The notes under the pieces: model-generated
The model's input: only the letters and a program-made list of their open reading frames with translations
Databases searched by the model: none
What the model was told of the DNA's origin: nothing
Position numbers and translations under genes: made by a program
In this document: one piece after another, positions 59,554 to 64,000 of the stretch
How the letters are laid out: each line of letters opens with the position of its first letter
Position numbering within the stretch: the first letter of the stretch is position 1
NCBI GenBank assembly: GCA_051744345.1
Contig: JBNJCW010000001.1
Span: 9,498 to 73,497 of the forward strand
Reading direction: 5' to 3'
DNA: 64,000 nucleotides
Origin: Actinomycetota bacterium
GTDB taxonomy: Bacteria; Actinomycetota; Humimicrobiia; Humimicrobiales; Humimicrobiaceae

Positions 59554-60624
59554 ATGGAAATAAAGAGAAAAAAGACCAGACAGATAAAAGTGGGAAATGT
59601 TGCCGTAGGGGCAAACAGCCCCATAACCGTACAGTCGATGACCAAGTCCAAGCTGGACAACCGCCGGGCCATTGTAAGGGAAATAGAATCTCTTATCGGT
59701 TGCGGTTGCGAGATTATAAGGGTGGCCGTTCCTGACAGGGAATCCGTAGCACGGCTTAAGTCCCTTATCGCTGAAGGGGTGTTTGGTATACCCCTGGTGG
59801 CGGATATCCAGTTCGATTACCGCCTTGCTCTGGATTGTTTGGACATCGGTGTGGACTGTGTTAGGGTAAATCCGGGGAATATAGGCAGGGAAGAAGGTCT
59901 GTACAAAATTATAAAAAAGGCTTCAAAGAGCAATGCCGCGATAAGGATAGGGGTAAACTCGGGATCAATCGAAAAGGACATACTTAAGGCAAATGATGGA
60001 AACATTGTTGATTCAATGGTGGAGAGCACTTTAAGGGGTGTGGCTTTTTTTGAAAAACATAATTTCAGCAATTTTAAGATTTCTGCAAAAGCTTCTTCTG
60101 TGCTGGATACAATAGATGTTTACCGGAAAATATCTGAAAAGGTTGACTACCCCCTTCACCTGGGAGTAACCGAGGCCGGACCTCTGATGCAGGGAAGCAT
60201 AAAGTCTTCCCTGGGCCTGGGAATACTTTTATCTGAAGGCATTGGTGACACCATAAGGGTTTCCCTTACTGACAGCTCGCTGCAGGAAGTAAGGGCCGGT
60301 TATCTGATACTCAATAACCTGGGATTGAGAAACTACGGGGTGGATATAGTTTCCTGCCCTACTTGCGGGAGAACCAATACAGACCTTAAAGGTCTGGCCA
60401 AAGAAGTGGAAAAAATTACCCAGAATATCAAAAAACCGCTCAAGATTGCAGTAATGGGCTGCGTGGTTAATGGTCCCGGTGAAGCAAGGGATTCTGATCT
60501 GGGCATAGCTATGGGCAAAAGCAAGGCAGCAATTTTTTTAAAAGGCAGGGTTATTAAAAGGGTTGAAATTAATTCAATCCTGGATGAATTTAACAGGCAA
60601 TTACAAACATTGCTGGATAGGTGA
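59554..60624 (+). CDS. ispG: 4-hydroxy-3-methylbut-2-en-1-yl diphosphate synthase (flavodoxin)
   Basis: 356 aa of the GcpE family with the C-terminal CPTCGR...GCVVNGPGE 4Fe-4S motif. Confidence 0.95.
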   Translation: MEIKRKKTRQIKVGNVAVGANSPITVQSMTKSKLDNRRAIVREIESLIGCGCEIIRVAVPDRESVARLKSLIAEGVFGIPLVADIQFDYRLALDCLDIGVDCVRVNPGNIGREEGLYKIIKKASKSNAAIRIGVNSGSIEKDILKANDGNIVDSMVESTLRGVAFFEKHNFSNFKISAKASSVLDTIDVYRKISEKVDYPLHLGVTEAGPLMQGSIKSSLGLGILLSEGIGDTIRVSLTDSSLQEVRAGYLILNNLGLRNYGVDIVSCPTCGRTNTDLKGLAKEVEKITQNIKKPLKIAVMGCVVNGPGEARDSDLGIAMGKSKAAIFLKGRVIKRVEINSILDEFNRQLQTLLDR

Positions 60625-60627
60625 CCG

Positions 60628-62319
60628 ATGAGATTCTCAAAATTTTATATCCCCACCCTAAAGGAAGAGCCAAGCAGCTCGGAGATAAAGAGCCATGCCT
60701 TAAGCTTGAGGGCAGGCCTGGTAAGGAAGGTGGCTGCAGGTATTTATGCATACCTTCCCCTGGGACTTAAGGTTCTTAGGAAAATAGAAGATATTGTAAG
60801 GGAGGAGATGAACAGGGCTGAAGCCATAGAGCTGGTACTCTCCATAATGCAGCCTTCGGACCTGTGGGAAAAATCCGGCAGGTGGAACCAGTATGGCCCG
60901 GAAATGTTCAGGCTAAAGGACAGGAATGAGAGGAATTTTTGCCTGGGCCCCACCCATGAAGAGCTTATAACCTATCTGGCTTATCTGGATATTAAGTCTT
61001 ATAAGGAACTGCCCATAAACCTGTACCAGATACATGTAAAGTTCAGGGACGAGATAAGGCCAAGGTATGGTATTTTAAGGGCCAGGGAATTTATTATGAA
61101 AGATGCCTATAGTTTTTGCAGAAATGAGGAAGAGCTTGAGCAAATCTACCAAAAGATGTATCAGGCCTATTGCAGGATTACCGAAAGGCTTGGCTTGGAA
61201 TATATGGTAGTGGAGGCTGATACCGGCTTAATAGGGGGCAAGGTTTCCCATGAATTTATAATAATGGCAGAGGATGGCGAAGAGGTTGTGGTCCAGTGCA
61301 GCTGCGGATATTCGGCCAAGCAGGAAAATGCCAGGTTCAGGCCGGCAGGGGTTAAAAAAGAAGAGCCGAAAGATTTAAAAAAGATACACACTCCGGGAGC
61401 AAAAACCATTGAAGAGGTATCAGATTTTTTAAAAGTACCGGTAACCGGCATTGTTAAATCCATGGTGCTTAATGGAGAAGACGGTAAACTTTATGCTTTC
61501 CTGTTAAGCGGAGAAAGGGAGCTGGACCTGGAAAGGGCAGCCGGGGCAGCTAAAACCCCTCTAGCATTGATACAGGACCAGGATTTAGCGGGAGAGCTGA
61601 ACCTGGGTTTCTTTGGCCCTGTAGGGCCGGCAAAAGAGGTAAAAATCTTTTCCGATTACTCAATTGAAGGCAAGTCCAATTTGGCGGTTGGGGCTAACCA
61701 GAAAGACTACCATTATATTAACGCTAACTATCCCAGGGATTTTAGTACCGGCCAGTGGGGTAATTTTTCCTATCCGGTAAAGGGAGATTTATGCGGGGAA
61801 TGCGGAAATGAATTGGATTTTAAAAAAGGTATAGAAATCGGCCATATATTCAAGCTTGGTGAAAAATACAGCAAAGCGCTTGAAGCAAAATTTTTGGATG
61901 AAGACGGGAAACAGAAAACATTTCAGATGGGTTGCTACGGCATAGGCATAAGCAGGATAATGTCTGCTTCCATCGAGCAGTTGAGCGACCGGGACAGGAT
62001 TGTATGGCCTGAGAGCATAGCACCTTTTAAAGCCATTATAATTGCCACCAATACCCAGGACAGTAAAATCCGGGATGCAGCAGACAAGATTTACAGAATG
62101 CTGCTGGATTTGGGGGTTGATGTACTTTATGATGATAGGAATGTAAGGGCAGGGGTAAAATTCAAGGACGCAGACCTTATCGGCATACCCCTAAGGCTTA
62201 TAATCGGAAAGAACTATTTGGCTAAAGGTTTGATTGAAGCAGAATTCAGCAAAGACGGGGCAAAAAAAGAGGTTGCCCTAAAAGATATACCGGAATTTCT
62301 GGACAATTTTAAACATTAA
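60628..62319 (+). CDS. proS: Prolyl-tRNA synthetase (bacterial type with INS editing domain)
   Basis: Class II motifs, 563 aa. Bacillus/Clostridia position after rseP/ispG. Confidence 0.95.
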   Translation: MRFSKFYIPTLKEEPSSSEIKSHALSLRAGLVRKVAAGIYAYLPLGLKVLRKIEDIVREEMNRAEAIELVLSIMQPSDLWEKSGRWNQYGPEMFRLKDRNERNFCLGPTHEELITYLAYLDIKSYKELPINLYQIHVKFRDEIRPRYGILRAREFIMKDAYSFCRNEEELEQIYQKMYQAYCRITERLGLEYMVVEADTGLIGGKVSHEFIIMAEDGEEVVVQCSCGYSAKQENARFRPAGVKKEEPKDLKKIHTPGAKTIEEVSDFLKVPVTGIVKSMVLNGEDGKLYAFLLSGERELDLERAAGAAKTPLALIQDQDLAGELNLGFFGPVGPAKEVKIFSDYSIEGKSNLAVGANQKDYHYINANYPRDFSTGQWGNFSYPVKGDLCGECGNELDFKKGIEIGHIFKLGEKYSKALEAKFLDEDGKQKTFQMGCYGIGISRIMSASIEQLSDRDRIVWPESIAPFKAIIIATNTQDSKIRDAADKIYRMLLDLGVDVLYDDRNVRAGVKFKDADLIGIPLRLIIGKNYLAKGLIEAEFSKDGAKKEVALKDIPEFLDNFKH

Positions 62320-62324
62320 ACTCC

Positions 62325-64000
62325 ATGGAGAAATTAAACACCGAAACTATCTGCGGAACCCTGGAAAGGATAATTTACAGCAACCCGGAAACCAATTTTT
62401 TTGTAGGCAAGCTCAGGAGGGATAACCAGGCCCAGCTTATAACCATCGTAGGCAATATAAATAATATGGATTGCGGGCAGAGGGTTGAGATTACCGGCCA
62501 CTGGTATGAGGATGCAAAATACGGCAGCCAGTTTAAAATAGAGGATGTAAAATATATTGAACCCCAAACCACCGAAGGCATAGAAAAATACCTTGGTTCT
62601 GGATTAATAAAGGGGATAGGGCCTGCAATGGCCAAAAAGATTGTTTTGCGTTTCAAGCTGGATACTTTAAAAATCCTGGATCAGGATCCCCAGAAACTTA
62701 CCCAGATAGAGGGCTTTGGCCAAAAAAGGGTAAAAATGGTAATGGATGCTTACCATGAGCACAGGGATCAGAGGGATGCCCTTATATTTCTAAAAACCTA
62801 CGGGCTGGGTAATGCGCTCTCCCTTAAGGTGTTCAAGCATTACGGTAAAGAGGCCATAAACATATTAAAAGAGAATCCATACCGACTCTGTGAAGATATT
62901 TTTGGGATAGGTTTTAAGACTGCAGACCGCATTGCCCAGAATATAGGAATAGACAGGAACTCTATTTTCAGGGCTAAAGCCGGAATAATATACCTGCTTA
63001 AGGATATGGAAAATGCAGGCCACTGTTACTGTCCCTGCCAGAAGCTGAGGGAGATGGCTGTAGATTTTCTTCAAATAGAGCTGGACATAGCCAATAAGGC
63101 CTTAAATGATCTAGAAAACGAAAAAAGGATTATAACTGCCGGCGGATATGAAGAAAAGGTTTACCTCAGGGATTTGTATGAGGCAGAGGTTTATGTTTCC
63201 AGAAAGTTAAAAAAAATCCATGATTACGGGGTGGTAGATAAATCCCGGCAGGTAAAATCCATACAGTCATTTATAGAAGAGCTTTCCGCAAGGAATAATG
63301 TGGTGCTTGACCAGGCCCAGAAAGAGGCAATAGTAGGGGCAGTGACCAAAAAGATACTTATAATCACCGGAAGCCCGGGTACCGGCAAGAGTACAATATT
63401 AAATTTTGTACTCATGCTTCTGGAATCCTGGAATAAAAAGGTACTGCTGGCAGCGCCTACGGGAAGGGCTTCAAAAAGATTAAGTGAGGCAACCGGAAAG
63501 GAAGCTAAAACCATACACAGGCTTCTAAAATACAACCCTAAGCGCAATTGTTTCCTAAAAAATGAAAAAAACCGGCTTGATGCCGATACCCTGATTATAG
63601 ATGAGGCTTCCATGATTGATATAAGGCTTTTAAGCTCGCTGCTTAAGGCGGTAAAAGAGTCAACCAGCCTTATTCTTGTGGGAGATGCTGACCAGTTGCC
63701 TTCAGTAGGGCCGGGGAATATATTAAATGATATAATAGATTCCAGGCAGTTTCCGGTTATAATTCTAAAAAAGATATACAGGCAGCAGGGACAGAGCCTC
63801 ATAATCTATAATGCCCACAAGGTAAGGGACGGGATATTTCCGTATATCGGCAAGCCCAAGGAGGATGATTTTTTCTTTATCGAAAAAAATGACCCCCACA
63901 AGGTTGTTAGCCTTGTGCTAGATCTGGTGGGCAAAAAAATCCCCCAGAGTTTTGGTTTGGACCCTTTAAATGACATACAGGTGCTGGTCCCCACAAACAA
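62325..64000 (+). CDS. recD2: RecD2-like SF1 ATP-dependent DNA helicase, N-terminal ~558 aa (continues beyond the window)
   Basis: Not in the ORF track because no stop falls within the window. ATG at 62325 follows a CTCC RBS-like sequence. Has an N-terminal HhH region, Walker A GSPGTGKST and Walker B LIIDEASM. Confidence 0.85.
   Translation, partial: MEKLNTETICGTLERIIYSNPETNFFVGKLRRDNQAQLITIVGNINNMDCGQRVEITGHWYEDAKYGSQFKIEDVKYIEPQTTEGIEKYLGSGLIKGIGPAMAKKIVLRFKLDTLKILDQDPQKLTQIEGFGQKRVKMVMDAYHEHRDQRDALIFLKTYGLGNALSLKVFKHYGKEAINILKENPYRLCEDIFGIGFKTADRIAQNIGIDRNSIFRAKAGIIYLLKDMENAGHCYCPCQKLREMAVDFLQIELDIANKALNDLENEKRIITAGGYEEKVYLRDLYEAEVYVSRKLKKIHDYGVVDKSRQVKSIQSFIEELSARNNVVLDQAQKEAIVGAVTKKILIITGSPGTGKSTILNFVLMLLESWNKKVLLAAPTGRASKRLSEATGKEAKTIHRLLKYNPKRNCFLKNEKNRLDADTLIIDEASMIDIRLLSSLLKAVKESTSLILVGDADQLPSVGPGNILNDIIDSRQFPVIILKKIYRQQGQSLIIYNAHKVRDGIFPYIGKPKEDDFFFIEKNDPHKVVSLVLDLVGKKIPQSFGLDPLNDIQVLVPTN

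Overview
This 64 kb window is a densely coded, moderately AT-rich bacterial chromosomal core region of about 70 genes, almost all on the + strand. Gene order is Firmicutes-like (Bacillus/Clostridia type): tldD/pmbA, uppP, trxA, ileS-lspA-rluD, the full pyr operon (pyrR-pyrB-pyrC-carA-carB-pyrK-pyrD-pyrF-pyrE) with a recognisable PyrR attenuator, then mIHF-like/gmk-rpoZ-coaBC-metK-priA-def-fmt-rsmB, rpmB(-), yloV-rsmD-coaD, rpmF, plsX-acpP-rnc-smc-ftsY-ffh-rpsP-KH-rimM-trmD-rplS-lepB-rnhB, dprA, xerC/D, rpsB-tsf-pyrH-frr-uppS-rseP-ispG-proS and recD2. I found no rRNA, tRNA, CRISPR array, IS element, integrase-associated island or prophage. Accessory-looking islets are: (i) a 5.5 kb minus-strand block (ABC-2 transporter, NEW3/CARDB-like exported protein, 7TM-PAS-GAF-GGDEF-HD-GYP sensor) inserted between rluD and pyrR, driven by a near-consensus promoter with tandem 14-bp direct repeats; (ii) an ADP-forming acetyl-CoA synthetase plus a stand-alone Pta-N-terminal-like DRTGG protein inserted between rpmF and plsX; (iii) a divergent pair of small genes (63-aa Zn-ribbon, 80-aa unknown) with a strong promoter. 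Oddities worth a second look: an unusually short, apparently hingeless SMC; rsmD with no in-frame AUG/GUG/UUG start (probable AUU start); IleS with GVHH where the HIGH motif is expected; loss of the fab genes between plsX and acpP and of cdsA-dxr between uppS and rseP; and other signs of genome streamlining. I do not see convincing evidence of a new multi-gene defence or mobile system. The candidates are modest and are listed with how to test them.
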